From positions 50,999,944 to 51,063,665 of the forward strand of contig NC_068994.1 of the NCBI RefSeq assembly GCF_001194135.2: 63,722 nucleotides of DNA. The letters run 5' to 3'. Numbering within the stretch: the first letter of the stretch is position 1; the number at the start of each line of letters is the position of its first letter. A model generated the notes under the pieces. That model was not told the DNA's origin. It saw only the letters and a program-made list of their open reading frames with translations, and did no database searches. The stretch is from Octopus bimaculoides. Its lineage: Eukaryota. This document shows, piece by piece, positions 48,738 to 62,579 of this stretch. The position numbers were made by a program, and so were the translations under genes.

Positions 48738-49112
48738 ATACACACACATGGTGGCGAGCTGGCAGAAACGTTAGCACACCGGGCGAAATGCTTAGCAGTA
48801 TTTCGTCTGTCTTTACGTTCTGAGTTCAAATTCCACCGAGGTCGACTTTGCCTTTCATCCTTTCAGAGTTGATAAATTAAGTACCAGTTGCATACTTCCT
48901 CAAAAATTTAGGGCCTTGTGCCTAGTGTAGAAAAGAATATTACAAGCATGGCTGTGGGGTTAAGAAGCTTACTTCCCAATAATGTGGTTTCAAGTTCAGT
49001 CCCATTGCAAGGCACCTTGGACAAGTGCCCTCTATTATAACCCCAGGTTGACCAAAGCCTTGTGAGTGGATTTGGTTGACAAAAAATGAAAGAGGACCAT
49101 CATGTCTGTGTT

Positions 49113-49151
<39 letters not shown>

Positions 49152-52100
49152 TCTTGTCTTGACATTGCACTACAGTTGTGAAACTTATAATTTATTATGC
49201 ATTGAAATTATTATTACATGAAAAAGGCTGTGAAATGGCTGTAATCCTAAGGATGACATGTGGTTAAATAAACATATTCACCTCTCATACATCCTGACTT
49301 TATATATATACACAGACTACACATATACATACACTCACACCTATGCACACATACGTGTGAATGTTTTATACGTTCATGTCCACATGTAAGAATAATGTGT
49401 TGTTATTTCTCTTTACAACCAGAAATCCGAAGCAAACATTCCTATCCGAACTGATCGGAAACGTAAAGTAGCATTGTTAATGGCATACTCTGGAGAGGGT
49501 TACTATGGCATCCAAGTGTGAGTAGACGAACAACTGTTTGTTTCATCTATCTCTGTTATGTTGTTGTTCACTCTCCCCTTATTGCATATATCACTCTCTT
49601 CCTCACACTTTCCTATCTGCCTCTCTATCTCTCTACTTCACTTCCTCTCTCTCTCTCTCTCTCTGTCTATCTTACTGACTACCTCTGTCTCTGCTTTCCT
49701 TTCTCTCTTACATTCTCTACCAACCTCATTCTCTGTTCCTATGTCTCTTTTCTCCCCCTCTACCAACTTTCTCTATTTCCATGCAGGTCACTCCTCCCCA
49801 TCACATGCACACTCTGAAAAAAAGCATTCTAAAATTTTCCTATATTTTCATTTTACACTTGATTTTACCTCCATTTTTATTTGTCTCTCTTTCATTAACG
49901 ATTTCTAGTAATTCCGCTTTCCCAACAATCGAGAGTGAACTGTTCAAAGCACTGGTTGCTGTCGGACTCGTGCCACAAGACCATGTAGACAACCCATATA
50001 AGGTAAGTGTGTGTGTGTGTTGTTAATCTACACCAGTGGTTCTCAGCTGGGGTCCATATGGCCCCTAAGGCTCATATGGCTTTGGTTGTTCTTAGGCTAT
50101 GGTAGACGACACTTGCTCATGGTGTCATGAAGTGGGACTGAACCTTGAACCATATGATTGGGAAGCAAACTTCTAACCACACAGCCACGCCTGCTCCTAC
50201 GATAGTATTTTAATGTAATTTCCCACCTCATTCCACCTCATTTTGTTTCACTGTTCCATCATCCGAACTACAAATATAATACATTACACAAATGATGTTG
50301 TGCCTTTGAGCAAGGGACATAACTCTCTATGTTCCAGTTTGACTGACTGAGGAAGAAACGAGAGATTACTCTGCCGCCTCGTGGTTAGGTGTCAATCAAA
50401 CCTGATCAAGCAGACTTATGTTTAAAGGCGTTCTAAATATGACCATCCAGTCTTTTTTCAAACACAGTGCATCTCTGACTATCTGGTATGTCTTTCCTTT
50501 TTAAAGACAGTAAGGTGTGGGTTGAAGGCAATTTGTCTACTGTCTCTAGTTTTGTGTTTTCCTACAGGTTTCTTTTTTGGTGGGTGGTTTAACTCCCAGA
50601 TCATCTCTGATCCTGTAGATATTTGAGCAACGACATTTTAGCCATGACCATGCTGTCTTCTTTTTATTTGTCATTATATCTAGGACCTTGTTATTTATCC
50701 TCTCAATAAGAAACCTCTACTCAGCCACTTGACCCAACAAGAACAGCACTCAATTCTCCCTCAAATCATATCTTGCTGTCTTAGAACGGGAGTATCCTTA
50801 AGCAAAGACCATGACTTTGTTTGCTTCATTTTGATAAACTTGACAAAGGGGCAACTCCCACAAGAAAACAAAAAAAATTAACCCCTTAGTTTCTACTGGT
50901 TCTTCACAGTTAGATGTTTAATGGTAGAAAGAAGCAGAAAACATCATGTCTTATGGAAAATGGGCAACATAGAGAAATAGATACAAATTGTGGAGAAGGA
51001 ATAGTCAAATCGCTCCAGTACTTGACTGGGAGTGTATTTTATTGACCCCAGAGGAATGAAAGGCAAAGTTGACTTTGGCACAATTTGAACTCAGAACATA
51101 AAGAGTTGACAGAAATATTGATATCAACTTTTGGCACAAGGCCAGCAAGCTCAAGGAGGGGAGTAAATTGATTACATCAACCCCAATGCTCAACTGGTAC
51201 TTATTTTATCAACACTGATAGGATGAAAGACAAAGTTGACCTTAGTGGAATTTGAACTAAGAACGTAAAGACAAACGAAAATGTCACTGAATATTTTATC
51301 CGGTGTGCTAACGGATTCTGCCACTTCATTAACTTCAGAACTGAAAGAAATATTGCAAGGCATTTAGTCAAATGCTCTAATGATTCCGGTACCCTAAGCT
51401 GAACTCAAACTTTAAAAAAAATTTTCATGATAGGTGATGTTAATAGTGATGTTCTATCTGTTTACTGCTAACCAACTGACCTTGTCCTAGTAAACATTGA
51501 AGTCATGCATTTTTTTCCTATTTTTTTCAGATGTCTTTCCAAAGAGCTGCTCGTACAGATAAAGGTGTGTCTGCTGTTGGACAAGTTGTTTCACTGAAGA
51601 TAAGTATCCGAACTGTATTATTGTGTTATTTAAATTTTATGCCTCATTACACTTCTAATTAGTCATGCCAGCTCCAGGTGAAAGATACCAATGTTGGCTG
51701 CGCATGAAAAGCCCCTGTGTTGCTGCTATGTGAAGACCATCTGTGCTTGTACCACAGAAAAAGCACTCATGTCAGTACCTTGTAAAAAGTACCCTTGCTG
51801 ATTTCATGTCATGAGTACCCATGTTGCTGTCACATATAAAGTACCTGTGATGGCACCATGTAAAAGCAACCAGTACACTCTGTAAAGTGGTTGGCATTAG
51901 GAAGGGTATCCAGCCATAGAAACCATTCCAAAACAGACAATTGGGGACAAATGCAGCTCTCCAGCTTGTCAGCCCCTGTTGAACCATCCGACCCCTGCCA
52001 TCCTGATACGGACACAACACAGGCTACACTTTTAGATTTTTTGGATGAAGTTTTCAGAAATAACCCAATAACTTTACCATTAATTCTGTGAAATATTCTC

Positions 52101-55100
52101 AGGTCCTGTTAGTACCTATTAATCTCAGTCACAAGGAATTTGACAGCCCATGGCTATCATAGACGTTTTCAGATATTTGTGTTTGTAGTAGAATTGCAGA
52201 ATACATTCAAATGGTGAGAGACATTTCCTTTTGGCTCACATTTGCTAACTTTGCTCAAGTCAAATATTCCTGTTAAGAAAATGGCAGTTTGTATGTTGGG
52301 GTACACATCATACTTAGAGGCTTTGCTTTATTGCTTAATGTCTTTTTATATTTCTTTTATTTACATGTTGATAAATGTGGATAATTTGATTGATCGACTC
52401 AATGAGACACTTCCAACACAGATCAGAATCTTGGGTAAGTCAGTCTTTTAAATGATTTTAAATCTCTTGTCTTGTGGTTTTCTCTTTCTCCTGTTTGTTT
52501 TATGGTTTTATTATTTATTGTTTGGTATGGATAAAAAAAAAAAAAAGAGCCTTCTGATGGGAAATGAATGAAATTTATTTATTCATCATCACCATCATCA
52601 TTTTTTAACATTTACTTTTCCATGCTTGCATGGGCCAGACAGTGGTGCATTGAGCAGAGTTTCTATGACCAGGTACCCTTCTTGTTACCAGTCCCTGCTT
52701 ATTTCCAAGCACGGTAATAATCTCTCAGTCTATGGAACAACAAACAGCCTGGACATGCTTGTATGGTAGACTGTCAGTAAACAACACCATCAGACCATCC
52801 AGAGGCCATTACTTACAAACCAGCAAACATACACAAGGGATATACAAACTTACAGACACACATGCACATACACACACACATACATACACATATGACAGGC
52901 TTCTTTCAATTTCCATCTTGCAAACCCACAGACAAATCTTTGTTAGGCTGGGAACTATAGTAGAAGATACTTGCCCAAAATGCCACGCATTGGGATTGAA
53001 ACCGTGTGGTTGGGAAGCAAACTTCCTTACTACACTGCCTTGCTTGCACCTATCTTGCTTTCTACAATTTGCTTTCTAAACAGAATTTCTAAATCAAAAT
53101 GGAAAGAGATAACATTTGAGCTGATAGCGAGTCAACTGGTTTATTGTATCAATTCTAATTTTCTCTTGTGTCTTTCATTTTTGTAGGCATGCTGCGTACG
53201 ACAAATTCTTTCAACAGTAAGAACCATTGTTCACATCGTACATACATTTATGTGATGCCAACGTTTGCACTGACTCCTGTAGAAGAGGTATGTATGTTGA
53301 AAATTGCATCTTTTCTTTTGCAATATTTGTTATTTAACCCTTTTGTTACCAACCTGGCTGAAACCAGCTCTGGTTCTGTAGTACAAATGTCTTATTTTCA
53401 TAAGTTTTGAATTAAAATTTTCCACCAAACCTTAGTCACAATTTATGTTCCTAACACTAGCCTAATGACAACTAAGTTATTTTACTAAATTCTTTGTTAT
53501 ATATATATATATATAGTTTACATTTTCTTTTTTATGTTTTATTTTATTGTTTAAATTCTAAATGTTTTTTTTTCTTTCTTTCATTCCAGAATGTTGTTTT
53601 AGATTACAGAATAGATGGTAAGCTACCTGAAAAATATTTCCTTTCTGTCATTGAACTTTGAATTATGAAGTGGGTTAGATGTCCTGTTGCTGTTAGGATT
53701 ATGTCCTAACACAACAAAACACGACCCTAATTCATAGTATATTCTCATAGTAAGATAAAGAATTGACAGTTCATATTCTGTAACTCGACTTCCTTCTCTC
53801 TCTCAATGGCCATTCCACCTCATTGTATGGGGCTGGCAGCACTATTAAGAAAAGTTCCACAAGTGCTTTTTGTTGGACTGCAATTTTTTAATTTAATGCC
53901 TTAAGTGAAGTTAACTTAGAGTAGACTGATGTGATGGCAGATTAAATCTTTTGATATCAACCTGTCTGAGACCATCCTTGGTCTTATAATACAAGCTTCC
54001 TGTTAAAAGCTTTCAGCATTCAAATTACTCAGTCAGATGTAAAGCTTATTCACATTGTTTTGAATTAATTATGCATCATCTCATAACTTTGAGATTTTGA
54101 AGATGTGATTGTTTATTTGTAGAACGACTTTGTAGGGAAGGTGTGAGAGGCCAGATCTGTTCAGTTTGAACATAAAACAGGTTGAATATTTGGGTATAGT
54201 TGTAACAATAGTGGTTGTATAATGATGATGATGATGATGATGGTGGTGGCGGTGATGGTACAGCAGTAATAATAGTGGTTGTATGATGATGATAGTGGTG
54301 GTAGTAGTGATGAATATAAAGATGGTGGTGGTGATGATGGTATAGTCGTAACAGTAGTGGTTGTATGATGATGATGATGATCATGGTGGTGGTGGTAACT
54401 GGAGTGATGATGGTTATGTTAAGCCTAAAACTCCTATTTCTCTATATTTCAGAAAGCAAATTGGATGAGCTGAACAGCGTTTTAAGTTTGTTTAAGGGAA
54501 CACATAATTTCCATAATTTCACCTCTGGACGGTAAGACATCCTCTCTTTTTTTCTTTCTTTCTTTCTTTCCTTTTGCTTATTCTCCTCCCCCTCATCCTC
54601 TCACTTTTTCCTCTTGTCTCTCTTTTTCTCTCATTCTTTCTGCCCACTTTCACTTCCTCTCTCATCTACCGTCTTCTTTCACACACATCCATTTTTTCTG
54701 TCTTCTCTCTCTCTCTCTCTATTCTTTTATTCTTTTACTTGTTTCAGTCATTTGACTGCAGCCATGCTGGAGCACTGCCTTTAGTTGAGCAAATCAACCC
54801 CAGGACTTATTCTTTGTAAGCCTAGTACTTACTCTATCGGTCTCTTTTGCTAAACCGCTAAGTTATAGGGACTTAAACACACCAGCATTGATTGTCAAGT
54901 GATGTTGGAAGGGACAAACACACAGACAAATACATACACACACATACATACATACATGTATCATCATCATCGTTTTATATCTGCTTTCCATGCTGGCATG
55001 GGTTTGACGGAGGACTGGTGAGCCGGAGGCTGCACCAGGCTCAATCTGATCTGGCAAAGTTTCTACAGCTGAATGCCCTTCCTAATGCCAATCACTCTGA

Positions 55101-58100
55101 GAGTGTAGTGGGTGCTTTTACGTGCCACCGGCACGAGAGCCAGTCAGGCAGTACTGGCAACGACCACGCTCAAAAGGTGTTATTAAGTGTTACCTGCACG
55201 GGAGCCAGTCCGGTGGCACTGGCAACGGCCATGCTCGAATGTTGTTTTTCACGTGCCACCAGCACATGCGCTGGTAAGGCGACGCTGGCAACAATCACGC
55301 TCGAATGGTGCTTTTCACGTGTCACCGGCACAGGAGCCAATCTGTGGCCCTGGCAACGATCACGCNNNNNNNNNNNNNNNNNNNNNNNNNNNNNNNNNNN
55401 NNNNNNNNNNNNNNNNNNNNNNNNNNNNNNNNNNNNNNNNNNNNNNNNNNNNNNNNNNNNNNNNNNNNNNNNNNNNNNNNNNNNNNNNNNNNNNNNNNNN
55501 NNNNNNNNNNNNNNNNNNNNNNNNNNNNNNNNNNNNNNNNNNNNNNNNNNNNNNNNNNNNNNNNNNNNNNNNNNNNNNNNNNNNNNNNNNNNNNNNNNNN
55601 NNNNNNNNNNNNNNNNNNNNNNNNNNNNNNNNNNNNNNNNNNNNNNNNNNNNNNNNNNNNNNNNNNNNNNNNNNNNNNNNNNNNNNNNNNNNNNNNNNNN
55701 NNNNNNNNNNNNNNNNNNNNNNNNNNNNNNNNNNNNNNNNNNNNNNNNNNNNNNNNNNNNNNNNNNNNNNNNNNNNNNNNNNNNNNNNNNNNNNNNNNNN
55801 NNNNNNNNNNNNNNNNNNNNNNNNNNNNNNNNNNNNNNNNNNNNNNNNNNNNNNNNNNNNNNNNNNNNNNNNNNNNNNNNNNNNNNNNNNNNNNNNNNNN
55901 NNNNNNNNNNNNNNNNNNNNNNNNNNNNNNNNNNNNNNNNNNNNNNNNNNNNNNNNNNNNNNNNNNNNNNNNNNNNNNNNNNNNNNNNNNNNNNNNNNNN
56001 NNNNNNNNNNNNNNNNNNNNNGTGCTGCCACTACCGTGCACCACCACCACCACTGCTGAGGTGCTGCCACTACCGTGCACCACCACCACCACTGCTGAGG
56101 TGCTGCCACTACCGTGCACCACCACCACCACCACTGCTGAGGTGCTGCCACTACCGTGCACCACCACCACCACCACCACCATCAGTATTACTTGTTGCTA
56201 TTGTTATTGTTGTGTAGCTGTACAATGTTGATAATGTTGCTCATTGATATTTATCTTTTCTCTCTCCCTCTCTCTCTCTCTCTCTCTTTCTCATCTTGTT
56301 TAGGAAATTCTCTGACCCAAGTGCCAACCGTTACATTATGGATTTTAAGGTAAGTTTTTCCCTAGTCTTTCAACATCTATTGTTTCTTCTACACACATCC
56401 ACATATATACATACACACACATACAGATGCATACAGACAATTTATCATGGGATATAATTTGTATTTAAAAAAAAAATTCAATCATAAAATAAGAGTGCTG
56501 ATTTAGCTGCTACTTCTAGCTGGTCAAGTAACTATTTAGAGTTCTTCCCTCTTTGGCTACATACCAGTAATATACAAGGGTTGATTGAATTGGTTCTACA
56601 TTCTCCCACTGCCTTCCATGTAGTGCTCAATCAAAAAGAAATCCATAATTTTATCGATTTGATGCTTTATTTCTCCTTCCTCTTCTTCATATTTTCAGGC
56701 AGGAAAACCAGTGGTCATCGATGGTCTAGAGCTGGTCACTATCAGGATTCAAGGCCAAAGTTTTATGCTGCATCACATTCGTAAAATGATCGGTATGCTA
56801 TTTACATATTTACATGTTTCCATTGTTGATATTCTCTTGTTGTTGTGTTGCTGTTTTTGTTGTTGTTGTTATGTTGGTGGCACTGTCTGATCTAGCAGAC
56901 CTATGGTCAAAAATGCATCATCCTTGACTCCCACATGTCTTATTTTTCTGGTATAAATATATCAAAGACAAAAGAGCAGTGATTCAGCAGTCATTAGGGT
57001 GTCAGATAGAATGCTTTACCAAGGGGTTGCTAAGCAGCCTTCTTAACCACACACCTGTACCCACACCTATATATTGATTTATTTTTGTCTTTTCCAGGTT
57101 TATCAATAGCCATTGTTCGAGGATTTTGTGGGAAGGATGTCATTGATCTTGCATGGAAGGCTGAGAAAGTAAGTCGAGCTTCTTCTACTTGCTTTTGTTG
57201 TTGTTTTTGCTGTTGCTACTGTTAAGGCTGCAAGTCATCTCAAGTGATAGTGGGGGATATTTTTTTGAGAGAATTTTGACAGTTATTTCTAGCAAGTCAG
57301 ACTACCATGTAATAATGTAATAAAGACGAGACTGAACTTAGATGTGGCTGTGTGGGAATATAAATGCAGATGTGTAAAAAGCACCATCCGAACGTGGCCG
57401 ATGTCAGTACGCCCTGAGTGGCACGAAAAAGCACCAACCGAATGTGGCTGATGCCACTACCCCCTGACTGGCTCTCGTGCTGGTGGCACGTAAAAAGCAC
57501 TATCCGAAGGTGATCGATGCCAGGCCCAACTGACTGGTTCCTGTGCCGGTGGCATGTAAAAAGCACCCACTACACACTCGGAGTGGTTGGCGTTAGGAAG
57601 GGCATCCAGCTGTAGAAACTCTGCCAGATCAGATTGGAGCCTGGTGTAGCCATCTGGTTCGCCAGTCCTCAGTCAAATCGTCCAACCCATGCTAGCATGG
57701 AAAGCGGACATTAAACGATAATGATGATGATGGTTCTTCTCAAGCACGGCATAATGCCAAATGGACTTGGTCATTGCCTTGTTGAGGCCCAACACTTGAA
57801 GCCCAGTGTAATTTAAAATGGTCTCGGCCCTTGCTCCCATGGGGCCCAACACTCAAAAGGTGCTTTTATATGCCACCGACACAGGTGCCATTTGCGTGAC
57901 AGTGGTATCTGCCATAACTGCAAGTTTACTTGGCTTGATGGGTCTTCTTCTCAAGCACAACATATGTATGTATTTATATCATTGGTTTATCTCTAGTGTT
58001 GTGTTTTGTCTTTGATCAAGTAATGGAGTATGGAACCATTGAATGATGACAAGATATTTTGAAAATGAAATTATGTGTTTGAACTGTTAAAACAACATGT

Positions 58101-59238
58101 TACTTATTTTCAAAATTTTTTCTTTACAGGTTGATGTTCCCAAAGCACCAGGATTGGGCCTTGTTCTAGAAAGGGTAAAGATTTTCTTTTTCTACCTATA
58201 TTTTCTTGCTATGGTCTGTGTATGTAGCACTTTAACCTTTTGTGATACATGGTGTTTTGGTATGTGTAGCCAAAAAGACCCAAATTTCTTTCTGTTGAGA
58301 TTGAAATTGATGGGTGCATATAGAAAACAATGGATAAAGTGCTTAAAACTATCAGCTCATTAAGAATGAAATGTCTGATTTTCTTATGCACCAAGTTTGA
58401 CAGTTGTCATCTCTAATGTTTTATCCTGACAGTTCTTTGTTTTACAACATTGAAGAGTTACATCATCATTTGAATTTGCTTCAGAAAGAGGACTATGTTT
58501 GTGATGGTTAGTTGGGGTGGGGGCACTAGGAATATGGCTTGGATGTCAAGTGGGTGGCAACCTGAAAAAGTCTGAGAACCAATGGTTTAAAGCATTAGTT
58601 ATGTACATTGTCCTTTCCATACATTTTCAATAATTTTAATAACATTATCACAATGGAAAGACCAAAATAGACTGCAAATCATGATGATTATGATGATTTA
58701 ATGTCATCTTCCATGTTGGCATAGGTTAGATGGTTTGATAGGATCTGACAAATTAGGGACTCCTTTTAGTCCTGTCTTTCTGAGAATTTACCAGATTCTC
58801 TGGGGCTGGTGTCACAAGAATAATTACCCAGTTGACTCCATATATTTACTAAATTCTTCATTGCTTTCACATTTAATTGAAATGAAGTTATTGTTTTCAT
58901 TGCATTTTTCATCAGAAATTTGGTAACAAAAAGGGGTTAACAAGCGTTTGAGTGGAATTAACTTCAGATTTGAGTGAAATATAAGTTGAGGAAGCTACTT
59001 GATAACAAAACATTAATTCATGTATGTTGTGTTAAAGTTTTATAACTGAATGTCATTGGTGTAAAATTGGTGTGATTTAATATTTGTCTTTTCTGGTTCT
59101 TCTATCTAGTTGCATTATAATGGTTACAATAAACGGTTTGGCAATGATGGCATCCATGAACCTTTAGTATGGGATAAATATGATGTAAGTACGACTTCAT
59201 GTTTTCACTATTATCATGACATAATCTCTCTCTCTCTT

Positions 59239-59298
<60 letters not shown>

Positions 59299-59420
59299 TT
59301 ATATGTGTGTGTTATCAACATTGATAATACAGTTTCATTATTTATGTCTTTCTAATATACTGTGATTAATGTACCTAAATGAATTAGTGATCATTCACAA
59401 TTTACAATGTGTACCTGTCA

Positions 59421-59459
<39 letters not shown>

Positions 59460-62400
59460 CATACACATGCACACACTTTATTTGTGGATTAAGGCTACCA
59501 TTGGTTTCATGTAAAAGAAGCCCTTAATGTTTATCGAGCCTGTCACATGGAACATTGGTTTTTGTCTTCACTTTGGATTAAAGCAAAAAAAAAAAAAATC
59601 ACGTGCACAATAAAAATAATGTGATTTTACGTGACTTTCAGATTAAAACACAAAAGACATAAAATTATAAAAATCACTTGGTGAGGTCAGTTTTGGCAAG
59701 GTTTTTTACAGCTGGATGCCCTTCCAAACACCAACCACTTTACAATGTGGACTGGGTGCTTTTAAGTGGCATCTGCATTGATAGGGTCACCAAGTACTTG
59801 TGAGACAACACACACACACACAATGGTTTTTCTGCACTCTTAGTCTACCAAATTCCGGCAAAAAGCCTCTGGCTACAGTAAAAAGCATTTAGTCAAGGTG
59901 CTGTGTTGTAGGATTGAACTTGAAACCATGTACTTAAGAAGCAAAATACTTAACAGTACAGCCACACCTCTGCCAGTTAACTTAGATATTTATAAATTTT
60001 TTTTTCTTAAACACAAAGGAAATAATCTGAAAAATTACGATCATATTAGGAATCCTTTTGTTTTTCTTCTTTCAAGAATCCTTATTCATGTTATTCTTCT
60101 TATTTTCTTTCTTAGGAGCAAATGGAGAACTTTAAAGAAGAATTTATCATGAAAAACATCGTTGAGAAGGAGAAAGAAGACAAATCGTATCCTTAAATTC
60201 TTTACTAACTTTGACCTCTATGACAACCAATACATGTGTGTTCTAGAAATTTTGTGACGTTGTTGTTGTTGATAATGTTGATGTTGTAAAGAGGGAGTTA
60301 ATGAAAAAAGAAAAAAGGCCCCTGCCTATTGTTGTTATTGTTGAACTCAAGTGGGCCCTTGTCAGAGCAGACTTATGATTTCAAGATGTTTCAGCCATCA
60401 CCTTCTTGTCTTCTTTTCAAATAGATTATTTCTAGGGGTTCATTATAGCGTTATTCTTTTTTCTTCAAGATGTTAGGATGTAATTTGAGAGAATTTTGGC
60501 TGCTATTTCTAACAAGTTGAATGATTGAACAGAGGACCCTTCATTAGCTCATTATGTTCAGCAGCATCAGCAGCTGTTGTTATTGTTTGGACCATGGTCA
60601 ATCCTGAATGGGCTGATCTGAATGGGCTGATCTTTAGGACGTTTATTGCTTAGTCATAATTGGGAATCTTCAAGTAAGGGACATAACTCTAGGCGTTTCA
60701 AGTTGAGTGAATCGTATAAAACCTTTCTCATTGGTTCATGTGTGTGTGTGTTGCACGTGTGTGATGTAGTGTGTAGTTAGTCTTCCTTTCGTGTTAGTGT
60801 AAAATCTTCCTTGACTCTTTATCCTCTCAGCCTCTTCAACTGGCTGCCTTGCCTCCATCATCACTACTACAAGGCTCATGTTGGCCCCATTGCTGGGAAG
60901 TCGTCACTCCACCATGCGATGCGGAAACTGTATAAGTTAGAGAAAGCAAAGTTAGACGTTGCACAACCAGCATGAAAGGAAACAGAGGTGGGGGACGGGG
61001 GTGGGGTGGGTAGGAGAGAAGACGAAGAAGAGAAAGAGAATAAGAATAGGATAACATCTCAAGAAATAACAAACAAACAAACAAACAGAAAAACACGTTT
61101 ATGTTTTAAATAATTGAGAGACAATACCAGCATGAGAGAAAAAATAAAATCAATAATTAGTGTTGATATACAGGGTTGGCCATAAGTCCCCCGACAGTAA
61201 ATCAAAATTCCATAAATACTTTCTGTAATTCTGTCTTGACTCGAATGGAAAAATGTGTCGCTCAAGAAGGACTTCAGTTTGAACAATTTTCATGATGTTT
61301 TATATTTAGATGCTTTTATTAAATTCAGTCAGTTGTTATATAGCTTCATATACGAGAAGGTGCTGGAAAGTTCCTGGCTTTGGGTAAAAGAAAATACAGG
61401 AGAATCAGTTAATTATGATTTTATCCGATATATTCCCCTCTCAGATTCACACACTTATTGCAGTGATCCTACAGTTTTTCTAAGCCTTGTAAAAGAACTT
61501 GGAAGGTTGGGTCTCCAACCATGCCTTCCATGATACCCTTGACGCCAGGAACTTTGTAGTATTCCCTCATATGATAATTATAAGGTGAAGACTACAAATT
61601 ATTTTGGTAAATAAATGGTTAATGTTATTTTATGTGTCTGACAAATTTCTTTGTTTTTGTTGTTACTTGATGAGTCAGTGAGGAGAAGTGCCTGTGGCTT
61701 TTGCAAGTTCTCCTACACGGGGAGATTGGTGTTAATATTCCCCTTTAGCTTTTGTGTGCAAATAAACTGTATTACATATCTGTAGCCAGAGGTTATAGAG
61801 ATGTGTTGTGTAATTGAATGTATGTGTGTGTATAGATATGTGTGTTTGTGTGCACATGTGTGTGTGTGTATTTAAGATATATTACACATGTCTATTATCA
61901 TCGGCCAGTATCTTTTTGAGCTTCTGTTTCTTTTTAAAATTTTGATTTTTTACCTAGCGTTCCTTAACAAGCTTCCAGAATGCTTAATTGGCTTGTCAGT
62001 TTACACAACCACACCTTCGGTTACGTGGACGACGAAGGTAAACGGTTAGCTACGGCTATATATGGGGCACAGCAGAACCTGAAAACAGCAGAAGCTAATT
62101 CTCTAAGCAGTGTAAGTTTGTCAGATATTTCAACTAGATTGAGGCTTACCGTGCAGTGGGACTGAACCTGAAGCTACATGGTTGTAAAGCAAGTTTTTTT
62201 TAACCACTCGGCCATGTCTGCACATGGAATAAAAAAAAAAAGAGAAAATCTTTTCCTTCGTTGCAACTAGGAAATTTTGGATTTGTCATTGTTGTCATCA
62301 TCACAATCATCATCATCATTACCCCCCCCTACTACTGCCCCCTCCCAGCAGCAAGCTTTGAACATTTTGACCATCTTTTTCTTTCCGTTCTTCTTCTTCT

Positions 62401-62460
62401 TCAGGGACCAGCAGATGCTAATGAAAATACTGGGACTAACACAACAAATGACAGAACAGA

Positions 62461-62497
<37 letters not shown>

Positions 62498-62547
62498 GCA
62501 GACACAGCTACTGAAGCGGCCCCTACTACTACTACAACTGCCACAGA

Positions 62548-62579
<32 letters not shown>

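Noticed and set aside
51604-52317. Canonical GT-AG version of the PUS1 intron
   Set aside because: It is in frame but inserts 17 residues ([16 protein letters not shown]-like) translated from an obvious pyrimidine tract into a conserved core. Less parsimonious than AT-AC, though not excluded.
55121-56180. CRISPR-like repeat arrays
   Set aside because: Eukaryotic context, no unique spacers and no cas genes. These are LINE UTR modules and a minisatellite.
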